From assembly GCA_973895155.1 (NCBI GenBank), contig OZ316893.1, positions 15,282,645-15,346,644 on the forward strand: DNA of 64,000 nucleotides, in the 5' to 3' direction. Made by a program: the position numbers and the translations under genes. Source of the DNA: Marsupella aquatica. Its lineage: Eukaryota > Plantae > Marchantiophyta. The notes under the pieces are model-generated. The model did not search any database. It was not told the DNA's origin and was given only the letters and a program-made list of their open reading frames with translations. Of this stretch, positions 1 through 15,014 are shown piece by piece. Numbering within the stretch: the stretch's first letter is position 1; every line of letters starts with the position of its first letter.

Positions 1-550
1 CTTCTTAGCCATCCCCGCTGATGCCCCCCACTCGGGCCTCCGCCTTTCACCCCAAAATTCTCTGTATTCAACTAATCCCTCGCCAAATTCTTGCCCAATC
101 CCCAATCAAATCAAGTCCTCACTCCACGATTCACCGCCGAAATCATAGCCTTGATCAGCCAGAGATCCCTTCCATTCACTGTCTCGTAAATCTTTCGGTC
201 AACCAACCGACTACAGCAGCCTAACCCTTCGCCTAATTACACGATCTCCGACACCGAAACCGAACAATCTCCAACCGAAGACACGAATATGACCGGCAAG
301 GCAAACCTAGAAGAGGGCAACCAGTGCCCGTCCTCCGTCCCAATGACGTTACTTAAACGTGCAACGCAGCCGATGCAAGAGGGAGGACGACGAGGACGCC
401 GAGTAGTAGTAATAAGAGGACGAGGGCAAGGGGGCCGCATCGCAAGTAGTCGTAGCAGACGAAGTTGAATACATCATCATCATCATCACGCGATGGAGCG
501 CCTGGCCTCCCTTCCTGCCAGCCAGCCAGCCAGAAAGAGAGCGACAGAGT

Positions 551-978
551 GAGAGAGAGAGAGAGAGAGCGTGTGAACAAGCGACTGCATGCCACACCGT
601 CGTCGTCGTAGCCCGGGATCATACAGCGCGGCTTGCTCATAAACCCCTCCTCATCCTTACCCCAATTTCCTTCAGATCCCGGGCTTCCATGTCGTCGTCG
701 TCCCGCAGCCCTGAATTCCCCTCCCCCTTCACCCGGTCCAGCAATACTACAGAACCACCACTCCAGAACTGTACTCTTCCTCCGCGTGGCCCCACCACAT
801 CCTCGCTCGTGGCTCCACGCTTTGCCCTCATTCACTCTTCTTCAACTCCTCCCCTCTCCCCTCCCCTTCCTCTTTCGTCGTCAGTAACAAGACCTCTCGT
901 TTCATTCCTCTGTCCGTCCATATTCATTATTTCATTCATCCGTCCGTCCGTCCATCCCCCTCTCCCCCCCCCCCCCCC
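551..978. repeat. Simple-sequence cluster: (GA)n at 551-568 and CT-rich tract with poly-C at about 963-978
   Basis: Read directly from the sequence. Confidence 0.9.
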
Positions 979-2009
979 TCCCCTCCCTTTCTCTTCTCGC
1001 CTCTGCCCCTTCTCAGCGAGCGCTGACAGACTCCCAACACGACAATCGTCGACGACCACGACGACCAGAGTCAAAAGCTCTGTATCATCAAACCAATCAA
1101 CCGATCAATCATATCCAATCCCAATCCTCTGCTCTCTCTCTGCTCTGTGATCCTCTGCTTCAAAACATTCAGCTATGCTCCGATTTTCATTTCTGGGAAT
1201 CTATCTATCAACTCGTTATTTATTTACTCAGGGATCGCGGTGCCGTGCGGACGAGCCACCGCTCCTTTCGTCGTGGCCATCGGCGTTCACGCTATTCCAT
1301 TTGCGGGCGGTATCCGGGATCTGGATCCCGGGGCTTCCACTTATGGAATGCTCGGACCGTGAAAAGTCCTCCCGGTGGTGGGCCACGGTCCATCCTGGCA
1401 AAAAGGTATCTGTCGGACTGCTGCACTGCTTCTGTCGCCTCCTGTGCGATCCAGTAGACGACAACAACGCCATGCTTCGACGTGGCGACCACCGGCGCCT
1501 CGTTCTTTCGTGCTTCTTCTTTCCGGCTACCGTTTTCTTTCTCTCCCGTACCGTTCTTTCTCTCCCGTACCGCTGGCCTTTTCGCCTCATGCCTGTCTTT
1601 CTGCTATCCTTTCCCCTAAATAGGACTACGGTAGCTACTGTATCTTTGAATAAGATTTGGTTTTTGAATTAATATAAGTATAAAATTATTTATTTATTTT
1701 ACCACTATAGATATTTAAATTGATAATATTCTAATGGTTTTGTTTGCATTCATTTTTTTGTATTAAAAACCTTAGTTATTATAATTCCCAAAATTGTAAT
1801 AAAATACCCCTATATTTTCAATAAAAATTTGAAATTTATTTGCCTAAGTGAATTGAAAAACCCCTAGCTTCTTTGCGTGCAATGGGTCAGAATATCAAGT
1901 CTGCCCCCTTGATCCCCGTCACTCGGCTGAAGTGCAATAGTCTGATTTTCTTTTGGGGAGACCTTGGCCATGATCAGAGCCAAGGCTTGAATGGCAGAAG
2001 TGCTCTGCC

Positions 2010-2270
2010 ACCTGGATCTTTGGTGTATACCTCCGAGTAAAATGTGAAAATTTTATTTATAGTCACATTCTCATCTTCAGTCATTCTATCGTCTGGCAGC
2101 CTGTCTCCTAATGCTCTCCCGTGAAAACAACTTTCAATTGGTTGAAGAACTATTTAGTTGGAGTTTCCCCAGTGTAACTAGCGAACCGGCTCTTTGGTCT
2201 GTCTTGATGGCATCCTCGTTGGGTTCTGTCCTCCACCTGAACAGGCAATGAGATCAAATTAATCCGTGGA
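2010..2270 (-). mobile_element. Degraded LINE (L1-like) ORF2 fragment
   Basis: Minus-strand peptides GETPTK*FFNQLK and TEDENVTINKIFTFYSEVYTKDP resemble the conserved G(D/E)xxTKYFF and FYxxLY motifs between the endonuclease and RT of L1-type LINEs. Confidence 0.55.
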
Positions 2271-3116
2271 CTCCCATGTTATTTTAGAGTCAATTATCTA
2301 GAAACTGGAGCCCAGATGGACCTCCAAGTCTAACAAAATGCCCCAATGAACTCTAACAACCCATATGGACCTCGATGAAAAGTCCTTTTTAACTCAAATA
2401 ATACTTCTTATATTTCCATCTGTAATATGACCTGCAACAAGAGTGTCCGGGTGCAACAGGTAGTTTGTCCAATAGAGCCAGTAGTCAATTCATGTTTGTT
2501 CAGAGTTGTGAGAATAGACTCAAAAGAAGACAAGTTCACACAATATTTAACTTCTCCCCTTGCAGATCAGCTAGTTTTAAATTGCTTTAGGAATGACGTT
2601 CATGTCTACGATTCCTTCCCAATATTGAAATCCAATGATCCCAGCTTCTTCCAGATTTTGTCAATTTTGTCAATCCGCTTCTAAAGAATCCAACATCAAA
2701 GGTTTTAGTTTAGATTTAAGAGAATTACAATGAATCAAAATTTTCAGATTTTTGCGAAATCTTTTCTAGCAGCAATTTTCAATTTGACATTGCTGAATCA
2801 AATCATAATGAAAAGTCATGTATAATATGGAGTTGGAAAGGATCTTGAAGAGACTGTTCTAATGAACTCAAGATTGTCACCATTTGGTAAGAATTGAGTA
2901 AGTAATTTGAAAATTTAATTTTTGATTTCATAATCTCTAACGTGAATAGAAATCTCCATAGAATAAAAATTTGTCTAAGTCCAAGACAAAATTTGAAAAT
3001 TACAAAGAAAAATGCAAATCGGCCAATATAAAAACACTCTAAAGAAGACTTGTCCATATTTTGGAATTTTTTTCTTTAGAGAATGATTTATTTTCTAATT
3101 TGAATACAATCATAAT

Positions 3117-3358
3117 GTAAATAAAACGGTTACTAGGAGCAATTTTACCTCAATCTTTTCATCTTTTGATTTGCATGTCAGTTTTTTTACATTCTTTTTT
3201 ACGGCATGGCATCCCAATTTTTACAAAGAAGTTGCCACAGACACGAATGAAGAAGTTCATTTTATCCAAAAACAAATCTCTTTGTGTTTGGAGCGTGCCA
3301 TGATGATGTGGCACGCTTGGAGCCAGGAATTTTGGAAAGGACCCCTAATGGGGGTCCA
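3117..3358 (+). repeat. Dispersed repeat, copy 1 (twin-hairpin end)
   Basis: Shares GTAAATAAAACGGTTA, TTTTACGGCATGG, GCCATGATGATGTGGCA, TGGAGCCAGGAATTTTGGAA and GGACC...GGGGTCCAT, in the same order, with 23973-24170. Confidence 0.75.
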
Positions 3359-5372
3359 TCATTACATCAAACTCTAAGACTAATGGTATGTACTCTCTAG
3401 CTGAAAAAGGTATCCCCGCAGGACCATTCTGGTTTTAATAAAACTCCTGAGCGAAAAGTCTTGGGAGAAAAAGCTGCTCATTCAAGAACATAAATAGTGG
3501 TGGACCTCACCATGTGCACCTAGCCATTTGGTCTTGGGTTTTTCGTTGAGCGTTTCTTCTTAGAGTTGCAACAATCGCGGCTCGCAAGTTGGGCTCGCCC
3601 TTGGCCCCATGGAGACATCACTCCTCTCATATATGTTTCTGGAGACTTGTCACCCTCATACCAACTTTGGTTCACTATATTTGGTCCTCAACCTGGACTC
3701 TAACCCAATGGCATAGACAGACAATTAATTTGTTATGTTGATAACTTTTTAACTAGATGTTAGTAAGTGAAGTGTCTTAGCCCATTGTGATCGAGCCGAT
3801 CAAGTGTTCATGAATAGGCCCTCAAAACCTGTCGTCAGTTGGGGGTCCCAGATGACGACTCCTGCCCCATGCCGTATCTCATGCGCCAAACATCCGTGCC
3901 TATGAAGTAAACTTCCTCAGCCTTGGGCCCAAGAGGAACTCTCACTCAAGCCCTCATAATTGAGCCCGGCCCTTCCCATGACCAGACCAGCTCCCACACT
4001 AGTCTAAGTCTTTAGTGTATATTATCAGCTTAGCGCATTGCACTTGTTAGTGCAAGGCTTTGTTTCCCACTAGTCTCTCCATACTTAGTCCCCACTGCAT
4101 GGTCGTTCGGGAGGCCTGGACCATAGAGGAGCTTGGTGTTCGAGTCAGCGACCCCGAAGCTAAGTGTTAGGGTAGTCAAATTACATGACTGAAATTCACA
4201 TATAGAGTTAGATAAAAAAATTAATTCAAAATTGCAGTGGGCAGGAGGAAATGGAAGGGGGATGATAAGGATAGCAGGTTAGGTGTCTGATTGGGGGATG
4301 GGGGGGTCCGAGGGACGCAATATTCCCTTGGGAGAAAACAATGTCATTCATAAGTCTCAACTAATGTAATCTTCAGTTAGAAGTCAGGTTAGTTCATATT
4401 CACTCTACATTACTCAAATAGTGCATTTCATCGTAGATTTGCCCTTTTGCAATTCAGGTCCCACTTGAATATTAGTCACTACACTTTGGACATACACTAG
4501 GTGTTTTGCAGCTTGGTAGCCATTGCGTAGTCTAACTCCTTTTTGAGTATTTTCTTGCCCTATTTGTGAGTTTTTTCTGTTTATTGTAAATTTTGGGCCT
4601 TTTGTTGTATACTTTTGTGTGTTATACTTTTCTGCATGTACATCCTTCTATATAAATGCTGGTGTCACCTTCCACTATCATTTTCTTCCTTCAAAGAATA
4701 GTTTTCTTAGGGTAGTTTGTCGTCCAACCAGGACCCTTTTGTATCCCCTTGGGTAGCTACTCCTCTACTTACAAAAATATCTCTTAACCCTCCTCTCTAC
4801 AAAGAAAATAACAACGAAATAATAACCAGTGAACAATAAAAATAAAGTTGTATGATACTTGGTATGTACCTCCAAGGATACCTATTTACTTTGATTATAA
4901 GTAGGTATGAAGAGAAAATATTGCACAACAATCTAGGGCTATTTCCCTTATCTTTGCCCCATCCTTGTTTTTGGTTCCCTTCATCTCAGTAGTCTTTATT
5001 TAGAGTCAATGTGTTCTTGTCCATCCTCGTTTGAACAAGTTATTGGGATAATTATTCACCTAATGTTGTTTTGTCCTGATGGGTCATATTCACCTCATTT
5101 TATGTTTTGTCCTTATTAAGATTCATGTTCAGTCATATTAAGATTCATGTTCAGTCTTTAGTCAGTCTATAAGGTTACCCATAATCAGATTTAGTTCGCG
5201 ATTTTATTTCAAGGTTTGTGGTTCATTATCATTCTTTAGTTCGAGCTTTCATAGTGAGATTTGAATTTTGCCACACTTCCAAAAAGCATGAGTCACTTCT
5301 CCCACTGAAGTGCCGGAGCTACTGTGTTGAGGAAACACTAAGCTCTGAAATGTGTTTAGGATACACTAAATG

Positions 5373-5500
5373 CTGAAATGTTAAGGCGGGCCATGTCGAT
5401 GTCCAAGGACCAAATTCTGAAATGTTAAGGCGGACCATGTCGATGTCCAAGGACCAAATTCTGAAATGTTAAGGCGGACCATGTTCATGTCCAAGGACCA
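5373..5500. repeat. Tandem repeat, 44 bp x about 2.9
   Basis: CTGAAATGTTAAGGCGG(G/A)CCATGTCGATGTCCAAGGACCAAATT starting at 5373, 5417 and 5461. Confidence 0.95.
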
Positions 5501-6633
5501 GAGCGTGGCTCGCATTTGGAACTTCTGCAATGACCAGTAAGTCGAGGAAAAAATTCCAAAAATCTGTCCATGTCGTGCGCAAATTAAGCCAGTTAACATG
5601 TCTTGTGAAGTGAGCCTAGAGAAGTAGTGTCAGTTGCACCAAGTTTCGACCTCGTTTGACTTTCTTCGATGCATAACATTTCAATAACACAAGATCAATC
5701 AATACATGTCCCAGCAAACCTTTTCCGAAGGAGTGTAGTGTACTAGTGGACGCCTTAACCCTAAGCTTGTATTGAACACCGAAACAAACTTCATGCTGTG
5801 AAGGTCTACTCTAGCCTCACTCGACCGATTCTAAGACGTCATATCTTTGCATTAAATTGACTGAATTTATCCACGAGACAGTTGTGATCCTTCGTTCACC
5901 TTTGATCAAACCGAGTAAGTAGTTCTCATCTATTTGTAGGAACGTGCATAATAGTTATGGCCTACCATACCGATCCACTTCAGGAAGCAACCCTCCCATT
6001 AGCCCATCCTCTTTGGCACATCTTGGCCATAACGTGCGTCCACAGGGAAGGAAGGCAGGTGGACCCATGAGCTCACATTAAGACTAGGTGATAGCGTTTC
6101 CACATAATCCTCAAAAGAGTGAAGGAATGGCCAAATTGCATCGCATCAAGGTCAGTTCTGACGTCATCGAGAACGAAATCATGATAATCCACACCAGATA
6201 CTATTTGGGGCCCGGGAATCGCAAGGTGGTCGGGATAAGGGGACCTGTACCGTTGGACGGCACCTCCATCCTATGCTTAAGCTCCTGGGGATTTTCACGA
6301 ATCCCTAATCGGAACAGACAACTCACATTCACAAAAAATCGGGGACAACAGGATGATAGCATCTCTAGAACTGGGAAACGACTGTAACCTCTTCTTGAAT
6401 TGCTGATGACTTTCACGAGTAAATCAGCACTAACATTGTAGTCAGATTTAGGGATCAGCTTGAGAATATCAGCATAATAATATCTCCAATCCCACACGGG
6501 CATGCTTCAGGTCAAAAAACGCAACAGCATAACCAATCTATTGCTTCAATCACGACCTTCCTACTACGTACTACCATCGTTCAGCCGAATTCTTTACCAA
6601 AATTTCAACAATGGAATCTCTTTTTCCGTTTAT

Positions 6634-7941
<1,308 letters not shown>

Positions 7942-8105
7942 GGTTGGAAGGATTGAGTTGCTTCGGTGCCTGGCTCGTCTACAGCAGGAACGTCCTTAGT
8001 CCCGCCTGGCGCGAACGATGCAAATCGACGCGAAAGAAAATGAAAGGAGTCGGCCCGGTCCAAAACACCCCTCAACAAACAGCCACCACAGAGCAAGCCT
8101 GTCGC

Positions 8106-8141
8106 AAACCCTAAACCTTCCCTTCGCGAACGAACCCTAAA
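8106..8141. promoter_or_regulatory. Telo-box motifs upstream of RPS3
   Basis: AAACCCTAAA at 8106-8115 and AACCCTAAA at about 8133-8141, 165-200 bp upstream of the ATG. Telo-boxes are established elements of plant ribosomal-protein promoters. Confidence 0.7.
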
Positions 8142-9549
8142 CCTCGTGTAAGAGGCTTTCGTACATGGATGCGAAAAAATTATGTTCTGCGAAGTGCTCC
8201 GGGAGTTGAGGAGAGAGTCTCGAGGGTATTGTACTCTTCTGTTCTTTCATGTGTGCTTTAAATGTACAGTAAATAGGCCTCTAAAACGGAAAGAAAAATC
8301 CTTGCATTCTCCCCCGTAATGGGTGCACTACTGTAGTTTGGTAATTTTTGCTGTGTTCTTTGGCAGCGTGCTATATAACTTCGGATCAGCTTGCTTGTAA
8401 TGTAAGGTAAATAGCCTCTGCTCATGAGGGGAAAGGGCTCCTGATACCCAAACTCCCCATGCCCATCCCTGGCCCTCCATAACTTTGGATCCCCTTGCTT
8501 GTCAGGTAAGATAACAACCTGGATACAAGTGCATATGCACAGAAAGGGCTCCAATTACCCGGACTCCCTAAACCCATCCTTACTCACAAATATAGTCTAA
8601 ATATCAAAAGTTATAGTTACCATAAAAGTCACGGCTGACAGCATAACTCTACTACGGAATCATGGACAGTATACTTTCATCACTAATTACAGTATACAAA
8701 ATTATTAGATGGATAGATGCAGTTAGGGGCATTTCCTTTTGTTTTGTGCCCAACTTAGTGCTCATATCAATGTGTCTCTATAGTCTTTTCCTGTATTTTT
8801 ATGTTTCCTTGCTTTCCTGGTTCCACAATGATCAATTCCCTCTCCTGCCATTTGTCTCATTCCATTCTTATTTGTATGGCAGGAGTGGGAATTGATCATT
8901 GTTGGAGACATGATACTTAGGTTGGAGACAAAAGCTTCGCAGAGAACTATAGAACAAGGATTGCACTTTCTCTTATACTCCCACGAACTAACCAGTAAGG
9001 ATATTGTGGACAAGTCCTATAGTAAGTAAAGGAGAATGAAAGCATTTTTAGATTACCTGCTGGATGGACTCAACGCAGAGGAAGAAAAGTATCAACGAGG
9101 GCGGTAGAATGGGCCTCCCCTTCCCAACCGATCACAACGCCTACTCATAGTGGCTCAGTGGGAGAGAAAGCTCCAAGTGGCATGTAGGAATGATCTGAGA
9201 AATTATTCCAGATGCAAAGTCCGGGTGATCAATACATTCTAAAATGTAACTGTTCAACTAAACTGTAGAGGTGTGAAGCTATCAAGGCTTGGTGCAAAAA
9301 ATGCAAGACAATGGCACTACGTGGGACCGACAGGGACCACCCATGATTTGCAAGTTCATCGCGGAAAGAGGGAAATCATCCATGCAAAGGTAATGAGAGG
9401 CTTTCTTATGATGATGATTGATTTGGAAAGACCCCAAAAAAGTACTTACAGCCCTAGATCGTGAGCGGATGAGAAACAATGAGATTGATTTCAGCGTCGA
9501 CGGAAGAGAGACCAGTCACAACTCAGCTCCACTCAATGTTGCAAGTAGT

Positions 9550-9657
9550 CACACAGGAGCTTTGCCTAGCTCAATGGAAAATAGACCAAGCACCGGAGCT
9601 TTGCCAAGCTTAGTGGAAGAGAGGCCAAGCACTAGAGCTTTGTGGAGCTCAATGGAA
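9550..9657. repeat. Degenerate tandem repeat, 39 bp x about 2.7
   Basis: GAGCTTTG core recurring every 39 bp; visible as TGALPSSMENRPS / TGALPSLVEERPS in the ORF track. Confidence 0.75.
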
Positions 9658-12600
9658 CGAAGAGAAAAAAATTCTTTGCTTCTACCACGATTATGATGGA
9701 AGATCACACCACAACTTTGCCAACCAACTACAACTTCTGGTGGCGGAAAAGAGATTGGCAACACCTCAGCTAATCATAAAAATGACCACCGCATCGCACC
9801 ACAACTCTGCCAATAAATGCAATGCACCACACCTCGACTTGGCTCAACTTAGAGGGATCAATAGAAGGTGCACCCCACCGCAGCTCAAACACCACAAAGC
9901 TTGAAGCTCTTTTCCCGACAATCCACTTACACTCGCACAAGATTGCCCATTGATGTGCTCCACTTGACACTACACACTCAACCAAAGCCAGAACCCTCCC
10001 CTTTGCCGCTCACCACAAACCTCGGCCGTTTCGCTGTTGTTGCTATGATGCAGCACACCTCTGCCCAGGAAAGACACTAATTTACATGCAACAATTGATA
10101 CTCTTTGTGAGTGTAAGGTCGATGTTGTTCCCGCTCAGTCGATGATGCGTGTGCCTCCACAAGAGGCTCATAAGACCTATTGCTTTCCGCGCTGGTAAAT
10201 GTCACATCTTACTGAACGTTTGGTAACTAAGGGGCAGAGTAAGGTAGTCAAGGTTTGAACGTGGACCATTGTCTATTCAGGGTGGGGAAGGCAATTGGTG
10301 AGGAGAACTCACTCAGATAAAAAGGTCACTTAGCACTAAGAATCATGTTGGATAGTGGAGAAGCCATTTTACATCTTCATCACTCTTCCTAAACCCGTCT
10401 CTATACCTGACCTGACACATATAGATTTTGCTACACCTGGTTTTATGCCTATACCTCTCATATATAGAGGTAGGTATAGGCCGTATGCATATATATGTTT
10501 TAATATTTTAAAATTTATTTCAAAGGAACCCCACATATGGGGAAAACAAGCAGGCCAACAAGTAACAGGCCTCAAACAAAAAAATATATAGAAATTCATA
10601 CAAAGTGAACCACATCAAACCACATCCATCAAGAGGCCCACCAAAGTGGAAAGGGCACCCATTTGGCCAATAGGCAGGAAAAACCACTTAAACCACAAAT
10701 TGGTATCTAAATACTCCTGGTGACCCTGAGTGCTCATTCCAGAATCAAGAGTATTGCGTTTGCAAACGCGGTGCCTAACCATGACCCTCCGATCGATCGC
10801 CGTATTGATCGCATCTGTCCCTCAAATGAGAAAATCTAGGGCTCAAAATGTAGATCTTAGAGAGATCTACGTCTAAGTAAAAATGAGGAAAATGAATCCA
10901 AAAATAATGAAAAACAAACAAAGCATTTTGATTAGCAATTACCACAATTTTGAATTAAAATTTTCTGGGCAGTTCGGGTAGGAAACATTTGTTCCCATAA
11001 ACTAGCTAGTGCAGGGCAGTCTCTCGGGCGATTGACACAAGAAGCGTTGGGTCGGGAGGGGCTTTGCCTTGGCTGTCCTGAGCTATCGCCGGGGATGTTG
11101 GTTATATGGAGTTGGTGATATAAGATTTCTGAATGACTTCCCATAGCACATTGGTTCAAGCTCCTCCTTGCAAATGAACAGGTATTGCGTTCAAACCCTT
11201 CCCTACGCAAAGTGATACACGGTATTTTTGCTAAGAACCTCTCTATGTAGGTGGCTAACATCAATTTGGCCAGTTGCTTAGGGCGACAATTAGGGTTACT
11301 AAGAAGCTTGGTGGGACCTAAATCTAGGATCCAACGGTTCTACAGAAAACGGGGAAGAGGGGACAAGATCCAATTGACCTAGCCAATAAGGAAGAGAGAT
11401 GAAACTTGTCAATGAAGAAATGGAGCTTGTGCTTCCAAGGGGGCCTCATTTGTCATTGTGTCCCAACAAAAATATTCTATTTTTTGACAGGTTCTTTCTC
11501 TTAGGTCTCCAATGTTTTTTTGGTGCAAGTCCTTGGTTATCACTGGATTGGGCTTGGCCTCTTGTCTTCGTTGGAGAGGTTTAGAGTTTGGTTTTTAGTT
11601 TTTTATAAGTTTTAGGATATGGTAGTATGAGTGCATGTGGCCAACCTCCCCCTCTTTTGGAGGGAGGGCGGAAACACCCCCTACGGGAAGGTGGACCCCC
11701 GAGACAGTGGTATTAGAGTGATGACATACATTACAAGAAGAGAGGAGGAGACTGGATGCCAAGCCTAAAATACGAGTCCCACTTGAGCGGTGGGATGAGT
11801 GGGAGGAACTCATAGGTTTGCTTGGATAGGACACAACACACTCTATTGTTGTCACTTGGTTACTTGATCATGTGCAACCTAGGGTTGAGGAGCTCCGAGC
11901 TTAGCAAGCACTTGAGGCAACTCAAATTCAGCCTCCTTCATTGACGTACAAAGACTCCTTCATTTGCTACATTGCTTAGTCCATTGCATTTGTGTTTGTA
12001 TGAACCATGTAAAACTTGTGAAGCTTTGTCTTTTGAACAGAAATATACCAGATTAGGGTTTATGATTTCCAATAATTAGAGCCATAATACAAGTCATAAT
12101 AAATCCATAAGTAATCCAATTTAGTCATCTCATTGGATTGAATACTACTTTTTATTATAACCCACATGTCAAGTACACTATGAAAGTCCAAAAAACAAGC
12201 AAGGCTTCAATAAAAATAATTTATGTTAGTCAATGAATCAATGATGAATTTAGAGAATCTTTGTATAAAGTCCTCCATAAAGTATTTTCTCTAATTTCAA
12301 TCATAATTCTTTCAATCATAAGGTATTTTTCTCGTTTTTAGGGTGAGAATGAATAGTGTCATCAATAACGTTTTCATGGTTTTCACATTCTTACAATTTT
12401 ATGGTGTAGTAAGGTTTTTGGGGTCTATTGCTAAAGTTCTTATTTGTATAATTTCCAGCCTGGCCAAGACGAGGCATGGGATTCAGATATAGAAGAGGAC
12501 CGTGTCTGGGAGGAGCTTATAGCGGAGCAGTATGCCTTAAGTAGATGTAGAGAAGGAAGCTCTCTATTTGGATGATGACCCGAACGTTGTTACAGGTTTA

Positions 12601-15014
12601 GGGACCACCAATATTTGGATGCCCATACCTTTTAGGTATGAGATCCTCTCTCTCACCACTTTGTAAAGATTGTAATAACTCAAAAATAACCATTGACACA
12701 AGGTTGGGCATTTCTTGTATTAGGAGGATTCAAGAGTTTTAGGCCCTCAGTCATCTTCGGTTCCCTATGCTGAGCCATCTCCAGTTCCCCACATTGAGCC
12801 ATCTTCACTTGCTAACTCTTTGTCATCTTCACTTCCTGAGTTTCAACCATGACTCTCAACCATCACTAGTGCTTGACTCTCAACCGTTACCACCTCTAGA
12901 CACTCAGCCAACTTGTAGAGCACCACCTCGATGGCCAATTACAGTTGAATTTTTTGATTGTCATTTGTTGGGTACTTTTGTAGATCGGCTACTCCCTCGA
13001 TGTCATATAGAGGGATGTTTGAGGATTATGGGAGTTGAGTGTGTTAGGGAGTTGCATCATTTTGGTCTATCGGGAAGGGGGTTCAATGAAGTTGAATTAA
13101 TTTCTAGATAGACACTGTAGCGGGTGCTATATAACAGCCTTGCTCCTTGAGAAGCTCATCAAGAAGTAGCCCCACCCATCTGTTGCCAGTCACTCTCCTA
13201 AAAAAGAAGTCCCAAAAACAAAAGAACGAGCTTCATTCTTGGAAAAGGAAACTTCTGCTATCCAAAACAAGCCCCATAGATTGAAAACGGGGAAGTCTCC
13301 TTGAACAAGAGACTTCCCTCCCACTCAACATTGAACTCTTGAACAGGACTCCACAAATTAGTTGAAAATGGGCCACCTTAGCGTGACATTAACATTGAGT
13401 TTAGTAGAACTTACACAAATCTCACAGCACAAATGGCAAGAACATTAATTGAAGTTGCAACAAATTAGAAACAGAAATTTGGGAAGAATTCATAGCAAAA
13501 ATGGGAGCAACACCAACAGAATGGCAGCAAAACCCTAGGACAAGTTGAAGCAGAATAGCAGTCTAAGCTTGGTCACCCTATCTACAACGAGCCCTTCTCC
13601 TGAAACAGGAGACCCAAAAATCAAGTACGAGACCCTATCATTGGAGCAATCCATCAAAGCACTTCATGGGCCTTGAAACCGAGAGCACAACGTGATATAC
13701 ACACGCAATGTGGCTCACAACAACACAACAAACTAGCAGCAAGAACTGGTAGCACGAATTGGTAAATCGTAGTAAGCTAGAACATCCGAATCGCAGCCAA
13801 AGTCCAGCAAAAATGTCACAAGGCCATAGCTATAAATTGCAACCCAAAGTCCAACAAAAAGATCATAGACTCACAGCCAAAAATCGCAACCACAACCCAA
13901 ACACAAGAACTTCTCTAGTCAAGCTCTTGCTCGAGTAACAACATAGCTTCAATGAAACAAGTGAGACAGATTTTACAGGAAAATGTGTCACAACATCCAG
14001 CCAAAATGATCGGGAGATGTAGAGCACACGAACTATCAACAAAAGACATGAAAATTGGAGGAACCTATGACGGCCTGATCAGGCAATAGAGGAGATCACC
14101 AGGCGAACAACAAGGCTTGCAATCAGGTTTGGCAACAAGGTAACAAGCAACAACACAGGGGGTGATGAGCAACAACACAGGGTTGGCTATGGCAACCACA
14201 ATGTCGTGGCACAGGGAGGGCAAGCAACGGCTGTGGCTTTGCTTCACAAAGAATGCTAGGGTTGGAGCCCTCCAACTACCGGGTGGGCAGGCCCTGCATA
14301 GACCCGGTTGACTGGTACTGTGATGTATGGGCGAGGCCTAACTTCCTTGCAGTCTGTCCCACCTGGGCAGACTGGCCAGTACGCTCGGGTAGGCCTCGGG
14401 GGTCTTTATACCCCAAGTTGTGGTTTAAGTCCTCTCGGGTTGATAACAAATCTCATATCAATTGAGAAATATGAAAGGAAAGGCCAAGACTTGTAAGAAT
14501 CTACAAGAACAAAGTCAACTGGTCAACTAAACAAGGTGGTTGTCAAACTAAAGACGAGGCAATGAAGAGCAACTACCGGACTCAACCCCACAAATTGAAA
14601 TATAGTCCTAACTAACAAAAACCATAGAGTAGTAACCCTTCATTGGTTTATAATACGTCTAACTCCGCTACCACGAATGTACAATTGCTCCCCTTCTAAG
14701 AAGGTTTTTGCCCTAGTTAGTAGTCTTTGTTTCTTGCTTGCAACAAAGGCTCTTGTGATTGTTGTCAAGTGGCCAAGGGCTTCACGTATAGTTAACAAGG
14801 AGTTGATCAAAGATTCTTCTCTTAGAACCGGTTTAAGGTCTAATCATTGTGGGCCAGCTAGAGGCTGCATAAGATCTGGTAGAATAGGAGCATCCAAAGT
14901 GCGTTCCAGGGCTCTTTCTCAATGACTGATAACAACACGCCAACCAGACTAGGGCGGCCAATATCAAGGATACCATTAGAATCAGCCTCTCACATGTTTC
15001 ATTCCTTCAACAAT

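Noticed and set aside
5373-5500. Regular repeat that could be mistaken for a CRISPR array (also the 19-bp LTR array and the 51-bp repeat)
   Set aside because: Units are contiguous with no unique spacers, there are no cas genes, and the context is eukaryotic.
6401-6429. CTGATGA resembling a hammerhead ribozyme core
   Set aside because: No GAAA after stem II; it folds as a simple GCTGAT/ATCAGC hairpin.
9148-9235. tRNA A-box-like TGGCTCAGTGG (and TAGCTCAGTTG on the minus strand at about 30025-30035)
   Set aside because: No B-box or T-loop and no cloverleaf, so neither a tRNA nor a supportable SINE.
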